Positions 12,186 to 24,300 of a DNA stretch of 64,000 nucleotides are shown here, piece after piece; position 1 is the first letter of the stretch; every line of letters begins with the position of its first letter. The DNA lies in contig NC_091992.1 of the NCBI RefSeq assembly GCF_044704955.1, positions 28,148,001-28,212,000 of the forward strand, in the 5' to 3' direction. The notes under the pieces are model-generated. The model saw only the letters and a program-made list of their open reading frames with translations. It searched no databases and was not told where the DNA came from. The position numbers and the translations under genes were made by a program. Source of the DNA: Pristiophorus japonicus (taxonomy: Eukaryota).

Positions 12186-14214
12186 AAAGCCAATGGCAAA
12201 GAGGAGCAATGTAATATGGTACTCTACTCTATTAAGAATATTCACTGTGATGTACTTCTTGAGCCTCTTAATAACAGTACCAAATTTTCTGGTAGACATT
12301 AGCATTCCTCTTAAAATTCTGGCATTTGCTTCAAGAGGATGAAATCTGGGTATTCAAGAACTCAAATAAACATTCAAATCTTGTTATATACTATGAATTT
12401 TTTCAGCTCTCCTTAGCTAAGGAGGAGAAATTTGTGTGAGGACATCGGTTAAGGACACGATGGAACTCAGTTGTGGAGCCCCTGCCATTGAATTGCATGC
12501 TGTGGGTGATTATTCCCCTTTGAACCATAGCCCAGGATAAGTCATAGGAGGGAAATATTGGAGATAAACCAATAGTATGGCACTTAAAATGGTGGTGCTT
12601 TCTATTGCGCCGCCCACCACCTGCCCGAAAACTGCCTACAGTTAAAATTGGTTCTATACTCTTCCATGAATTGATCCCAGTTATCAGGTATACTTTGCTT
12701 TTTATGCATATCCACAGACACATAGCACCATTTTTAAAGGGAAAGGCTGTTACAGTGGATTAACATACTGTCAGCTATAATTCTGGATAGATTTGTGCTG
12801 TGCTCCCTTACATTTTGGGGTCTTTTCTGACCCTCTTACTCTAGACATTTTGGCTTCTGTAACTTTGGGAACTCTCACAGTTGAGTCTTATCTCCTTATG
12901 GTGTTGAGTGTATCCTCAATGGCCCTGATATCTAGGTACATTTCTGACAACGAGCCCAGGACTATGAACAGAAGGCCTTCTTGTTAATTATTTTGTTTAC
13001 TGGTTTTATCCTGCACCTTCACAGGACTTTTTTTTCCATCTTTGGAAATCAGCAGAAAATCATTGCATGGATGACATTGTACATTTGTACTAATGAGGAA
13101 ATGTATTGAACAAAAAATGAACCAAGTGAATATAGTAATATGTTTGCATAAGATATACTCACCAACTACTCAAACAAAACATTAAATGGTTGCAATCTAT
13201 ATGTGAAGATGTTGTTTTGTAGTTAACATTTATAAAAGCAATGTTCCCTTTCCCTGTAGTCTTTCAGCCTAACCTACCTGTCTGAAGGTTCCAAATGATT
13301 CGACCCAACTCTCTTAATGGATTAGGGGTTTGCTCAACTTGTTGAATAATGCTCATTCTCTGTAAAGAAACAGAAAGAATCTGCTCTATAAATCTCTCAA
13401 TGTGGTTGTAGAGCTTAAATGAAAATAAACTGGCATAAGATGGATAGTGAAAATATGATCAAGTGATTGCTGTAACATACACAAAATAGCTACCGCAAAT
13501 ATTGATTATATTGCCTCACTATATGTAATACTCCCATCTCCCACTACTTTTGGTTTTGGAACTATTATCAACATATTCAGCCATGTAGGAGCTACAGTAT
13601 CTTCAAAAATCATTAATTTTTCACAATTACTGTTTCATTTTCCCCTGCTGTTTGAGTTGTATAGGTTTAATTCATATGTTTTACTTCAAACAGTTTAACC
13701 ATGGTTGCACTCACGTTTCTCTCGCAAATGGTTTTTGTTTAAGTATCCATGTAAAATATAACCTCACCCTCTCTGCATACATATAGTTTTGGACAATTGT
13801 TTTTCAGTGGAGGGGGAGCGTATATTGTATACAGAGATTTACAGTAGTTCTTCAAACAATTCATTCTCAAGCCCCTTAAATGTGCTTGTTTTATTTTCCC
13901 TTTCTTTTCTTATCTCTCTGGATGACTTGAGCTTTACGGCTATGGTGATAAGAAACTTTGGCCAAGAATTGCTGATTTTAGCAATTCACCTATATGGGTT
14001 CATTTAATTTCATGATGTTATGAGGCATTCAATGCATAGTAACTAGAAGCCGGTCCTTTGCAGTGTTCTAAGCACAACTGTGTTTGCTCCAGTATCTATT
14101 TCACAGCAGCTCTTCACATCTATTGCGCAAATAAAATCCATTATAAATTTAACATCAGTTTCTATTCATGTTACCAACTTGTAACTATTAAAATACAAAT
14201 AAAATACAACAATA

Positions 14215-14720
14215 ACATCAACTTCCATTTATATAAGACTTTTAATGTAATAAAATGTCCAGTGGCATTCACAGGCGCATTATCAAACAAAATTTGGCAC
14301 TGAGCCACATAAAGAGGTATTCGGACAGATGAACAAAAGCTTTGTCAAAGAGGTAGGTTTTAATGAGCATCTTAAAGGAGGCGAGAAAGGTAGAGAGGTG
14401 TAAGGAGGGAATTCCAGAGATTAGGGCCATGGCAGCTGAAGGCATGGCCAGCAATGATGGAGCGATTAAAATCGGAGATGCACAAGAGGCCAGAGTTGGA
14501 GGAGTGCAGAGATCTCGGAGGGCCGTGGAGGGATTTGTAGGGCTATGGAGCAATTTGAAAACAAGGATGAAAATGTTAAAATTGAGGCGTTGCCGGATCG
14601 GGAGAGAGCACAGGGGTGATAAATGAATGGAATAAGGGCAGTAGAGCTTTGGATGAGCTCAAGTTTAAGATAGGAAGCCAGCATTGGGCTAGTCAAGTCT
14701 AGAGGTAACAACGACATGGA
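14215..14720 (-). mobile_element. L2-type LINE/SINE 3' fragment
   Basis: Minus frame ...SFKMLIKTYLFDKAF and an L2-like tail (ctatataaatg-like) at ~14225. Confidence 0.7.
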
Positions 14721-14798
14721 CATAAAATCTGCAGCTGTTTCTTTAGCTTAGCACTAGCAAGGCTTTGTGTTTTCTGGTTGGATCCTCCATTTCTTTGC

Positions 14799-14934
14799 TT
14801 AAAGCAAGTATGATAGTAGAATCCGAAGGTCAGCTCCAATCCTAACTCCAGAAACTTTCCATTCCAGGGCGTAGAAATCTGCTTTCTCCAGGGAGTCCTT
14901 ACTGATGATGGTATCTGGTTTAACAGCATCATTT
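14799..14934 (-). CDS. Unnamed EF-hand gene, last coding exon
   Basis: Acceptor tttttccttcag; phase 2 start matches the previous exon; (I)NDAVKPDTIISKDSLEKADFYALEWKVSGVRIGADLRILLSYLL then TAA at 14799-14801. Confidence 0.85.
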
Positions 14935-16286
14935 CTGAAGGAAAAAGATGTCAAATTGAACAATTACTACACATAGCAAAGAAGCACTGGAGTTTCCCAT
15001 TACGGCCCTGAAAATCCATATCCTTCAGCAAGAGTCCCCCAGAAGGGCCACAAATAAGGTTGACAACAGGTATGCCAGATACAGGTCTTGATCTACAGTT
15101 TCTGGGATGGTCTTTTGTGGATGAAAAAGCCTTCAAACACGGTGGGCATCCTAGATGCTCCTTAGTAGAATGGGCAACTGCCATTCTCATGCAAAACAGA
15201 TGACCTCCCCCCCCCTCCCCCAATCCTGGAGAGTCCACTGGGATCAACAGCAGGGCAAGCACACACCAACACTTAAATGCCAGGATGTGCCCACCTCCAG
15301 ATTTTCAAAGCCAGCACATTTAGGACAAATGATCATTTGAAGGCTTTACTATGACTCATTGCTGATTTAAAAAAAAACTCTCTCTATCATTCATAGACGG
15401 GACAGGATTTTTCCAACGCACAACCTCAACCACTAAGAAGGACAAAAGCAGCGAGATCATGGGATAACTATCACCTCCAGGTTCCCCTCCAAGTCACACA
15501 CCATCCTGACTTTGGAATATTGTGCTGTTGCTTCATCATTGCCGGGTCAAAATCATGGAATTTCTATCAAGCAGCACAAGGACTGAAGAACAAGGGCCAC
15601 CATCACATTCTCTCAACAACTGGAATTGGGCAATAAATGGGGGCCATGTCAGCACTGCCAACACCGATGAACAAATAAACAAGAAAGTTATTGCAAAAAT
15701 GTTACAAAAGTTTCCTGTTGAAAGTACATCAATGATTTATGACATGTAGCCAGGTAAAAATAACATTAAGAAAAGGAGCCACAATGCAAGAAACTTGTAC
15801 CAAAGGAGAACCTTTTGATATAGACAGAACAAAGGCTGGGCCAAAGTTTTCCATCTTAAGGAACACATACTTTACATTCCCTGACTCCCTTGATATCAAT
15901 AATATCACATCATTGTGATACCTTTCATGTAGACATCAGCAAGGGAACAGTTACACTATACATTCAGAGCATTCACCTGTGGAACCATAGGGCATGAAAG
16001 GAGATTATGACCTCTTCAACAACTAGCTATAAATTTTCAAGTTGCACTCGGTTGGATTTATAACTTTGAGTGGAGGACTGGAAATGCCTTGTTGAAATAA
16101 TGGAGGTAAGCATTTTTGTCGAATGTATCATTCCCAAGCACATTGAATGCAACTTGGAGACTGCTCCACCTTCCTGCTGAAGTCAAGTAGTTATTGAACA
16201 CCCAGAAACAATTAACAGTGTAGACGTAACATTGTGGGTCAAGCAGTGGTGAGTAGTAACCAATACTAACAAGATGCACTACTCAC

Positions 16287-16444
16287 ATGGGCTCGTTATA
16301 TAGGATTCTAGATATCAGGCAACCTAGAGCTATGAATAATTTCAAATCCACTTTGAACTCCTCATTGATGTTCATCAAATTGTATAGTCTCTCAATGTGG
16401 CTTTTATGCAGCTTGTAGATGAACAGCAATGCACGTTCCATTTC
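16287..16444 (-). CDS. Unnamed EF-hand gene, penultimate exon (exit helix and degenerate second EF-hand)
   Basis: Acceptor ttattttctcag, donor GTGAGT; 158 nt, phase 0-2; EMERALLFIYKLHKSHIERLYNLMNINEEFKVDLKLFIALGCLISRILYNEP. Confidence 0.88.
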
Positions 16445-17546
16445 CTGAGAAAATAAGTCCCATATCAAGTGTTACAATGCATCATTAATTTGCTGCTGTG
16501 ATCAAAATAAGCAATTTGTTTGGTTACTTTCTCCTGTTTATGTTACAATATATTTCTTCACCCCTTTTTTGCCTTCTCACATGAGGGTAGTAATTCATGC
16601 TGGGATGAAGGAGAGGGGAGTTTGCCTTCTTGTGTAAGGCTAGACAGTGAGTTTGGCAAGTCTTTGACCATTGGTGGGGAGCATGGGGTGGGGGCAGGAG
16701 CCAGGGCTAAACTCTGTTCTCGACTACCTATTTTCCAACCCGCACTGCTGGACAATGAACATGAATGATAAACCTGACCGATTTCCTCTCCCCAGCTCAG
16801 GAATGTTGAGATCAATAGTAGCACTTCCCTCCTGCCCCAGTTCAAATTGGCCATCCCAGCACAGACAGGGGTTGAACCCAGGCCCTCCCATGTTTGCATG
16901 GCTCAGTACCACTCTGCACAGTGCATGAACACATTGAACCATTGCACCAACCAACATTCTTAAATAATGTTGATTTATTTTAGAGGGCATTATTATGCCA
17001 TTATGCATTATTTTGACTGGCTTGGAGCAGTCTAGAACAAATTCTTCCAAAAACACTCTTTAAGCATCATCATGCTGGTCACCGGGAAACATCCATGCAG
17101 CAGTGCTTAAAATGCTAGGATGTGTTTTTCATGCATTAGTCTTAGTTAAATTTGATATAAACTACGGTGGGAGTTCAGTTATCCTCATTCCAATGAACTG
17201 TCTTCTCAGTGCTCAGCAGAATCTCAGGTGGGATAAGATGTAACTCCAGCCCACAGCAGGAAGGCGAACAATCTTTCAAACTGGTGCAGGGGCCACAAAC
17301 AGCCAAGTGAACGAGTCACCAGCATGTGCTGTGACTGCAACATTTTGAAGAGTCTATTTGAAAAGCTGAGATTAGGGCAATTTCCACGCACGGTGCTGAT
17401 CTGCTTACTACTTTGAGCCTCTGAATGTGCGCAGACACAAGCGTCGTCCGCGTACTGTAGTTCGATGGCAGAGGATGGGACGGTCTTGGATCTGGCCTGG
17501 AGGCGATAAAGGTTGAACTATAGTTTAGTTCCACTCCAGCGGGGAA

Positions 17547-17830
17547 CTCCGACACCTGGGAGTCCCTGGCCAAAGACCGTCCTAAGTGGAGGAAGAGCAT
17601 CCGCGAGGGCGCTGAGCACCTCGAGTCTCGTTGCCGAGAGCATGTAGAAATCAAGCGCAGGCAGCGGAAGGAGTGTGCAGCAAACCAGACTCCCCATCCA
17701 CCCTTTCCTCCAATGACTGTCTGTCCCACCTGCGACAGAGACTATAATTCCCGCATTGGACTGTTTAGTCACCTGAGAACTTACTTTTGGAGTGGAAGCA
17801 AGTCTTCCTTGATTTCTTTGATGACTTTCA
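17547..17830 (+). mobile_element. RTE-clade LINE 3' fragment
   Basis: DTWESLAKDRPKWRKSIREGAEHLE...CPTCDR C-terminal motif shared with 44160-44675 and 58560-58915. Confidence 0.85.
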
Positions 17831-18435
17831 GATGAGACCATTAGCAGTGTCCGTGCTATCATTGGTGCACTCTGCCACACTATTCTGGGTTGCCACAGCA
17901 TATGCCTGTTGGCCACAGCCAGGAGTACACCAACATCCCAACACATACACAGCTCGCCGCCAATTGGCACTCAGTCTTGAGGTCGCATAGTTATAGGCCA
18001 ATTTCCATTATCCATGAAGGAGCTGCTTGAGGGAGGGTGAGACCTCCATTATAGCAGATAATAGAAGCTTTGTTGTAAAGAAAGCATCAGAGAGACTCAA
18101 AGGAACTGTGCCATGAAGTGGAAGAATATGACTGCCCTCTGTGATTTACACCATGGTACCTTCCAAATCGTTTTCATTCTTTTCCTAATTTCAATCAAAC
18201 TGTAAAACACACAAGCAGTGAGGCTATGATGTCAGCGGGTGGTCCCATCCCAGCTCCAACTACTAAAGATATTTGGCTAGTAGTTAAACATCCACACAAT
18301 AGTGCACATCTTAGCTGTTTCCCGTGTGTAAATTTATGTTCATGTGCAGGTAAAACTTGATAAGCAATTTGTTCAAAAGGCACATACTCAAAAAATTAAC
18401 ATTGAAGCCCATGTAAGGTGATATTAATGTTACAC

Positions 18436-19618
18436 AAGAACATAAGAAATAGGAGCAGGAGTAGGCCATACTGCCCTCGAGCCTGCTCCGCCATTCAATA
18501 AGATCATGGCTGATCCGATCATGGACTCAGCTCCACTTCCCTGCCCGCTCCCCATAACCCCTTATCCCCTTATTGTTTAAGAAACTGTCTATTTCCGTCT
18601 TAAATATATTCAATGTCCCAGCTTCCACAGCTCTCTGAGGCAGCAAATTCCAGAGTTACAACCCTCTGAGAGAAGAAATGTCTCCTCATTTCAGTTTTAA
18701 ATGGGCGACCCCTTATTCTAAGATTATGCCCTCTAGTTCTAGTCTCCCCCATCAGTGGAAACATCGTCACTGCATCCACCTTGTCAAGCCCCCTCATAAT
18801 CTTATATGTTTCGATAAGATCACCTCTCATTCTTCTGAATTCCAGTGATTAGAGGCCAAACCTACTCAACCTTTCCTCATAAGTCAACCCCCTCATCTCC
18901 AGAATCAACCTAGTGAACTGAACTGCCTCCAAAGCAAGTATATCCTTTCGTAAATATGGAAACCAAAACTGCACGCAGTATTTCAGGTGTGGCCTTAGCA
19001 ATACCCTGTATAGCTGTAGCAAGACTTCCCTGCTTTTATACTCCATCCCCTTTGCAATAAAGGCCAAGATTCCATTGGTCTTCCTGATCACTTGCTGTAC
19101 CTGCATACTATCCTTTTGTGTTTCATGCACAAGTACCCCCAGATCCCGCTGTATTGCAGCACTTTGCAATCTTTCTCCATTTAAATAACTTTAACTTTCT
19201 CTTTTTTTTTTTCTGCCAAAGTGCATGACCTCACACTTTCCAACATTATATTCCATCTGCCAAATTTTTGCCCACTCACTTAGCCTGTCTGTGTCCTTTT
19301 GCAGATTTTTTGTGTCGTCCTCACACATTGTTTTTCCTCCCACCTTTGTATCATCAGCAAACTTGGCTACGTTACACTCAGTCCCATCTTCCAATTCGTT
19401 AATATAGATTGTAAATAGTTGGGGTCCCAGCACTGATCCCTGCAGCACCCAACTAGTTATTGGTTGCCAACCAGAAAAGGAACCATTTATCCCGACTCTC
19501 TGTTTTCTGTTAATTAGCCAATCCTCTATCCATGCTAATATATTACCCCCAACCCTGTGAACTTTTATCTTGTGCAGTAACCTTTTATGTGGCACTTTAT
19601 GAAATGCCTTCTGGAATG
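18436..19618 (-). mobile_element. CR1 LINE fragment (RT C-terminal half to 3' end), frameshifted
   Basis: FQKAFHKVPH, QGSVLGPQLF and KFADDTK reverse-transcriptase motifs in ORFs 19191..19835, 18849..19169 and 18600..18830. Confidence 0.95.
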
Positions 19619-20174
19619 TTGTGTCCATTTGTCCTGAGTCAGACATGCAGTCAAAACACTGGTTTAGTGTGTGTAAAGGGCAGAATACAAAGCTCTCTGT
19701 CCCCTGAGCCAGGTCTTTATCGAATTTATCAGTAGGATCAGAAGTATCAGCCATGATAATACATTTTGATTTTTGACAGAGATTCATATTTTCTACATGA
19801 ATGATTAACTGAACTCTCCATATAAGATCAGTCAAAGATTCCCTTGCCTGAAATTTGTTCTTTTATGCCAGGATTGCGCATATGCCTCTGACGTGTTGCG
19901 TTGTTTGCAAATCTGCTTTTCTCAGTGTAATAAATGGGAAATTGTGCGGTCTAGATTTATATTTTAAATGTGGCTTTTGCTAGTTCTAAATCCTTTGATG
20001 ATTGCGTTCTTAAAGATTCCATGGAGTAAATCTAGGCAGTTCTAAAGTTGCTTTGCCAGTAAACCTGCTGCTTGCTGCTGAAATTAATGGAAAGAGCCTT
20101 TATGTGTTTGTATTATGGTGTTTGTGAGAAGGGGAGCAGGTTACCAGTGCAGTGAGTCATAACAGTAATAAATT

Positions 20175-20822
20175 AAGAAAGCAAATTGTATGTTGGCCTT
20201 CATTACAAGAGGATTTGAGTATAAGAGTAAACTGCAATGATACAGGGCCCTGGTGAGACCATTCCTGGAGTATTGTGTACAGTTTTGGTCTCCTTACCTA
20301 AGGAAGTATATACTTGCCACAGAGGAAGTGCAATGAAGGTTCACCAGACTGAGTCCTGGGATGGGGGAATTATCCTATGAGGAGAGATTGAGTAGGCCAG
20401 GCCTATATTGTCTAGAGTTTAGGAGAATGAGAGATGATCTCATTGAAACATACAAAATTCTTACAGGGCTTGACAGGGTAGATGCAGGGAGGATATTGTC
20501 CCTGGCTGGGGAGTCTAGAACCAGGGGTCACAGTCTCAGAATAAGGGGTCGGCCATTTAGGACTGAGCTAAGGAGACATTTCTTCACTCAGAGGGTGGTG
20601 AATCTTTGGAATTCCCTACCCCAGAGGGCTGTGGAGGCTCAGTCGTTGAGTATATTTAAGACAGAGATTGATAGATTTTTGGTTATTAAGGGAATCAAGG
20701 GATATGGGGATAGTGCAGGAAAGTGGAGTTGAGGTAGAAGATCAGCCATGGTCTTATTGAATGGTGGAGCAGACTCAAGGGGCCGGATGGCCTACTCTTG
20801 CTCCTAATTCTTATGTTCTTAT
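20175..20822 (+). mobile_element. CR1 LINE 3' fragment
   Basis: ORF 20361..20732 is the CR1 ORF2 C-terminus; ttcttatgttcttat tail. Confidence 0.93.
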
Positions 20823-21190
20823 AAACTGGTACTGAACACAGGGAGATCTAAAGAAGGGGAAAACATTAGAGTTATAATTCTTTAGATTTCACTAATTAAG
20901 TTAAGTCTACAGATCTTATAGCAAAAATAAAATGCACAGACTGCAATTTGAAAGCTGAAATGGTCTTTTAGTGTTCAAAATGGCCACAAAATTCCTGGGG
21001 ATACGTTCCATCAGTGCAAGTGCGGCAGCCCAGAACTCTCACCTTTCCTAAATAAAAACTGGAGACTCTGTTACAAATGACAGGGATGGGGTCATTCACA
21101 TGATTGGAATGGACAGAAGATCACGTGCCCCACCCCCACCCTCAAATTTCAAGGCTCACAGCAAATGGGGTAGATTCCTGGTCTAACTGA

Positions 21191-21443
21191 TGTGATGTAT
21201 TTGCTTCATGGGTTCTTTGCTTAAGAATTTATAGCAACATATTGCTATTAAGAACTGGTTGGTTTATTAGCAAAGGTTTAACAATCACACTACACATTAC
21301 CAGTTCATCCACCAGGCTCACAACACCAGCCTCATCTGGCTGGGGTTTTACTGAGTCTTGTGTACATCTCGTGACTGGCTAAGCCACTCCAAATTTAGCA
21401 GCTCTACCAACCTGTGAGCATACTCACAGGTGCATACATCACA
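21191..21443. mobile_element. Solo LTR, 253 bp
   Basis: Perfect 10-bp inverted termini TGTGATGTAT...ATACATCACA; flanks ACTGA/ACTGG. Confidence 0.75.
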
Positions 21444-21676
21444 ACTGGGTTCTGCCCTGATTTCCTGTTGCCCTCTGGGCGAAAATCAACCTTTCCACCC
21501 TTTCTAACCCCAGGAATTTTGGGGCATTTAAGTGTTTATGAAATTGATAAATCCCTGGGAGAGTCAATATTAAAGGGATTATTCAATATTACAAAAATGT
21601 TGGAATTACAGTGATATTTGCTTTATTCATAGTAAAATGGAGATAAATTCCACGTAACAAGGATTGAATCTCCGAC

Positions 21677-21795
21677 CTTCGTATTAAGTTGTCCATCCCT
21701 ATCCTTATCTTGCTGATGAAAGGCTGTTTTATACAGCATACTTAAATCTTCATCACATCTGCAGTGGGCGCTTAAATACTGAATAGGTGACATGT
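21677..21795 (-). CDS. Unnamed EF-hand gene, EF-hand loop exon
   Basis: Acceptor attgttttgcag, donor AAG/GTCGGA; 119 nt, phase 1-0; (D)MSPIQYLSAHCRCDEDLSMLYKTAFHQQDKDRDGQLNTK; the next exon supplies loop residue E12. Confidence 0.9.
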
Positions 21796-22274
21796 CTGCA
21801 AAACAATGTTGAAAATGGCAGATCTTCCAGCTTTATTTAACCAGCAACATGCAACAACAGATGGGATTTAAACATAATTTTATAATGGGAAAATGGTTGT
21901 GTTTATTTTTTTTTGCCTTACATTGCACTTCAATTAAATGAGTCTCGTTTGTAGTCCCTGGCCTGCACTGACCTCTGTCAATAGCAGGGAGGAGAAAGGC
22001 TACTTGTTATTCAAATTATTGGCAGTATTCCAATCAGATGAGGACCACTTTAACTTTGCTTTGTGCCTCAGGTGAACCAAGCAGAGGAAAAATGGGCGCA
22101 GACCCAGTCTGCCAAGACCCACCCTAAATGCACTGTCTTCCCCTCTGGGTTTTGGTGGGTTGTGTATCTTTGAGCCTGAAACAAGTGTTCCTGGTCATGT
22201 TAAAATGGATGCCAAATGACATCAGTCAGCCAGATTTGTGGTGCTCACAGGTCAGGGAGGCTGCCCAGTGAGTG

Positions 22275-22737
22275 TTGGTTTTTAAGCTACACTGGGAGCA
22301 ATTCTTGTGATCCCATCGCCCCATTTCTGGATGCATAAAAACGGGTCGGTAGAAGGACTAAAATAGGGAGGGAAACAGAAGTGCCGACTTAACACCGAGT
22401 TATAACGTGTGGGTTTTGAGGCTTAAATGATTCCACACTTAATGTCCTGGCTGCAGTAGGTGCTGCCAAAAATGTCACCTCTTTCGCAAGACTGTTGCTT
22501 CCTTTCAGTCCCCACACTTAAGCCCTCCCCTTTAAGGTGCTGCTGTAGATTTGTCAAAACCGCCCAGTCGGATTTCCCGCCCCCCGCCCCCAGGTCGGTG
22601 AGCTGCCGATGGGTCGCACGTTTCATGCTGGCAGCTTGCCGGGTTCTTAATGGCATTGGTCCGATGCTAACTGCTCAGACAAGCACACAGCCTTCCCACT
22701 GCCCGCCTGATTTACACTGGAGATAAAAATCACCCCA
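22275..22737. mobile_element. MITE-like non-autonomous DNA element
   Basis: GGG..AATT / AAAATCACCCC-type ends resembling the other Harbinger-like MITEs; GC-rich interior. Confidence 0.45.
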
Positions 22738-23158
22738 TTGTGTTTTGACCACTAGACTGCTTTTAAAGTGACAGGCTGCAGAGTTGTGTATGTTGTGTAA
22801 TTTCACTGTGTATTAAGTAATTTACTTGCACTGTTTCATGAAATACTGACTTGTCGGATTTTATTGTGTACAAAATGGCTTATGTGCAGCCTACATAACC
22901 GGAAGAGGAATTAATACTTTTGCTTTTATTCTAACAAAAGAAAAGCTCAAAGTAATGCAAGGCCAAACTTAATGAGGATGAAATTGGACACATGGGCAGG
23001 GATGCAAAACAATCTATATCGCATTAATCGCCTGTTATACGCTCCACCCGAAATTCAATTCATGTCCAATTTCACCCCCAGTGTTTCTGCCGAATCCTTT
23101 TTTTCAATGAATTTGATATGTGATGCACACTGTTAAATCAGATCATTGTATCACCTAC

Positions 23159-23261
23159 CTTCAAGTAGCCGAAGGTCGATGGGAAGGTCAAACCGTATAG
23201 CGTGTTTAGAAAGACTTACTCCTGGAGAAATCTCACTGCCAGCCTGCTGATTGGTCTGGAA
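23159..23261 (-). CDS. Unnamed EF-hand gene, internal exon
   Basis: Acceptor tttcatttctttag, donor AAG/GTAGGT; 103 nt, phase 0-1; FQTNQQAGSEISPGVSLSKHAIRFDLPIDLRLLE. Confidence 0.85.
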
Positions 23262-23332
23262 CTAAAGAAATGAAATATAATTGGCTGAAAAATATAAATG
23301 TTTTCATGAGAAATTCACTAACTTATTTTTAC

Positions 23333-23402
23333 CTGTTTTGACATGGAGATGAAGCGCAGTTTAATAAGAGCTACTGTATGAAATCTTATTTCAGATTTCC
23401 CT
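23333..23402 (-). CDS. Unnamed EF-hand gene, candidate internal exon
   Basis: Donor CAG/GTAAAA, 71-nt intron to the next exon; GKSEIRFHTVALIKLRFISMSKQ, phase 2-0; an alternative acceptor lies at 23433. Confidence 0.4.
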
Positions 23403-23869
23403 CTAATGTGGGCGCTTGGGAGCAAGTCAAAGGCTGTGAACAATGGTTGAGGATATTAATAGCAAGAGCTTGTTGCCAATTTGTTTAAATGATGTCTAAA
23501 CCATATCTTACTTGTAGTCTGTGTTCAGCAACAAACAACAGAAATTATATGTTTTTTAAAATTAATCATATTTCTTTATAACTGCAAGATTTCAAATCAA
23601 AGCTATTTGCAACAATTTGGGCTATTCCTGTGATGATATGAAATTAAGATCAGTGGGAGTAGAGTAGGTTAAAGTGTGAAAAACACAATTAATATTCATT
23701 TGGACCCTGATTATGGATGATATGGCATTGTGTTGCATCCGATCCCTATGCAAATATATTTAAAGGAGCACTGCCTGCGTTTGTATTCTTATTGCATCTC
23801 GTCATGTCTTCAGTAATGACCCATACGCACTACGTACAAAAGAATTATTTTGAAATGCCTCTTGGGGTT

Positions 23870-24140
23870 GCGCAGGGAAACGAGTCAGCCATTTTGAGCA
23901 CAGCAAGGTTCCACAAATAGCATTGAGATGAATGATCATGTGTTTGAGGGAGGAATGTTAGCCAGGACACCAGGAGAATTTCTTGTTCTTCTTTGAGTAG
24001 TGCAATGGGATTCTTAACATTCGATTGAAACAGCGGAACAGGCATGTTAGGCACAGGTTTTATGTCTCACCCGAAAGACAGTGTCCCAAAAAATAAGTGT
24101 AGTCCTCCCTCAGTGCTGCACTGGAGTATAAGCCTAGAAA
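23870..24140 (-). mobile_element. Deu-domain SINE fragment
   Basis: gccaggacaccaggagaa and ccctcagtgctgcactggagt blocks shared with 7277-7745. Confidence 0.7.
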
Positions 24141-24300
24141 GGAGTTTAACAAACCTTATTTTTGTGTGAGGGTGAAGGGAAGGCGGTGCCATTTTTACCA
24201 CATTGATATCACACACAAGGGACACAATGACAATACTATAGCGAGTTGTGTCATCACACTGGGAATTTGAAAATAAATGAAAAGATTTGTCAAACATAAC

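Noticed and set aside
11973-13080. Protein-like minus-strand frames (for example [14 protein letters not shown]) hinting at a Mononegavirales L fragment
   Set aside because: Alternative frame of AIPL1 exon 1 and its promoter; many stops and no polymerase motifs
13160-13990. Exon-like AG..GT segments (13279-13359, 13768-13989) on the minus strand
   Set aside because: They lie downstream of the unnamed gene's stop, contain stops, and have no recognisable homology; at most UTR exons
16058-16468. Two in-frame ORFs separated by one TGA, suggesting a pseudogene, selenoprotein or viral fragment
   Set aside because: The TGA lies within the GTGAGT splice donor of exon 16287-16444; the downstream frame is intron
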